Source of the DNA: Methanomassiliicoccaceae archaeon
GTDB lineage: Archaea > Thermoplasmatota > Thermoplasmata > Methanomassiliicoccales > Methanomethylophilaceae
Direction: 5' to 3'
Assembly (NCBI GenBank): GCA_003550345.1
Contig: PUJZ01000027.1
Coordinates: 15,134 to 79,133, forward strand
Length of the DNA: 64,000 bases
Under the pieces are notes generated by a model that saw only the letters and a program-made list of their open reading frames with translations, was not told the DNA's origin and did no database searches. This document shows positions 63,339 through 64,000 of the stretch, piece by piece (positions within the stretch are counted from its first letter, which is position 1; the number at the start of each line of letters is the position of its first letter). The position numbers and the translations under genes were made by a program.

Positions 63339-64000
63339 TCACTTGCGGAACAGGTTCTCGAAGATGCCGCCCTTGTGGCCTTCCTCGCCGGAGAGCTTGC
63401 GCAGCAGGTCCTTCTCCTTGGCGGAGAGCTTCTTGGGGACCTTGATCTTCACCCGCACGAGCTGGTCGCCGCGCGGGCCGCCGCCCATGCGGGGCAGGCC
63501 GTGGCCCTTCATGCGCAGCACGGTGTCCACCTGGGTGCCGGGCGGGATCTTCAGCTCGGCGGTGCCGCCCTCTATGGTGGGCACCTGCTCCTCCGAGCCC
63601 AGGGCCAGCTTGGGATAGCTGGTGACCAGGTCGAGCCAGAGGTTGGGGCCGTCGCGGCGGAAGACCTCGTGGGGGCGCACGTGGACGATCACGAAGAGGT
63701 CGCCCGGGGGCCCGCCGTGCATGCCGGCGTCCCCGGCCCCGGGCACCCGCAGGCGGGTGCCGTCCTCGACGCCCGGAGGTATGTCCACCGTCACCTTGGA
63801 GCTGCGCTTCTGCCGGCCCACGCCGTCGCAGGAGGGGCAGCGCTCCTTGAAGGTGCGGCCCTCGCCCTGGCACTTGGGGCAGGCGGAGATGGAGACGAAG
63901 CGGCCGAAGCCGGAGTCCCGAATGGACTGCACCTGTCCGGCTCCGCCGCACTCGCCGCAGGTCTGCACGTCGCCCCCTTTGCCGCCGGTGCCGCGGCAGT
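63339..64000 (-). CDS. dnaJ: chaperone DnaJ, C-terminal two thirds (5' end beyond the window)
   Basis: Zinc-finger repeats CRGTG, CGECGGAG, CPKCQGEG, CPSCDG. C-terminal domains follow. The reading frame stays open to position 64000. Confidence 0.88.
   Translation of the reverse strand, partial: CRGTGGKGGDVQTCGECGGAGQVQSIRDSGFGRFVSISACPKCQGEGRTFKERCPSCDGVGRQKRSSKVTVDIPPGVEDGTRLRVPGAGDAGMHGGPPGDLFVIVHVRPHEVFRRDGPNLWLDLVTSYPKLALGSEEQVPTIEGGTAELKIPPGTQVDTVLRMKGHGLPRMGGGPRGDQLVRVKIKVPKKLSAKEKDLLRKLSGEEGHKGGIFENLFRK

Noticed and set aside
1-64000. CRISPR arrays, rRNA genes, transposases/integrases, prophage or defence-system genes
   Set aside because: Scanning the intergenic spacers and the ORF translations showed no regularly spaced direct repeats, no recombinase, transposase or Cas-like motifs and no rRNA-like segments. 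The window looks like core chromosome.

Overview
GC-rich (strong GC3 bias), very gene-dense archaeal chromosomal segment: about 73 protein genes and one tRNA. I found no rRNA, CRISPR array, transposase or integrase. Archaeal identity rests on Alba, PCNA, TFS, Csl4, Nob1, KptA, Trm5, form III RuBisCO, geranylgeranyl reductases and a three-gene archaeal glutamate synthase. An 11-subunit Nuo/Fpo-like complex without an NuoEFG/FpoF input module, HdrCB-like genes and a folate-type C1 gene set suggest a Thermoplasmatota / Methanomassiliicoccales-like organism (inference only, no search was run). Main blocks: (1) DUF169, methyltransferase, AcnX, ferredoxin-hcp and a divergent HxlR regulator; (2) proBA; (3) GNAT, wHTH, G3E GTPase and a stand-alone GltS-FMN paralogue, convergent with the glutamate synthase operon; (4) RNA-processing genes (METTL5-like, Csl4, mini-ThiI, Nob1); (5) nuoABCDHIJ1J2KLMN followed by idsA and a geranylgeranyl reductase; (6) proC, a B12-radical SAM protein, uppS, a TiaS-like protein, DUF2797 and kptA; (7) a folate C1 island (folD, fhs, metVF, AcsE/MeTr-like methyltransferase, purH); (8) hdrCB-like, nadC, aCPSF2 and yjbQ; (9) tfs, pcn, split transketolase, transaldolase, a second reductase and trm5; (10) an orphan 510-aa protein, an RNase III-like protein and alba; (11) a coupled R15P-isomerase / RuBisCO / AMP-phosphorylase operon; (12) partial dnaJ. 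The most interesting points are the AcsE-type methyltransferase in the folate island with no CODH/ACS in view, a NuoI/FpoI with an extra two-cluster ferredoxin module, an RNase III-like gene in an archaeal context, a TiaS-kinase-like paralogue, a B12-radical SAM candidate lipid enzyme, and strong palindromic operator candidates upstream of hcp/hxlR and of the glutamate synthase operon. All product calls come from reading motifs in the translated ORFs and none was verified by database search.
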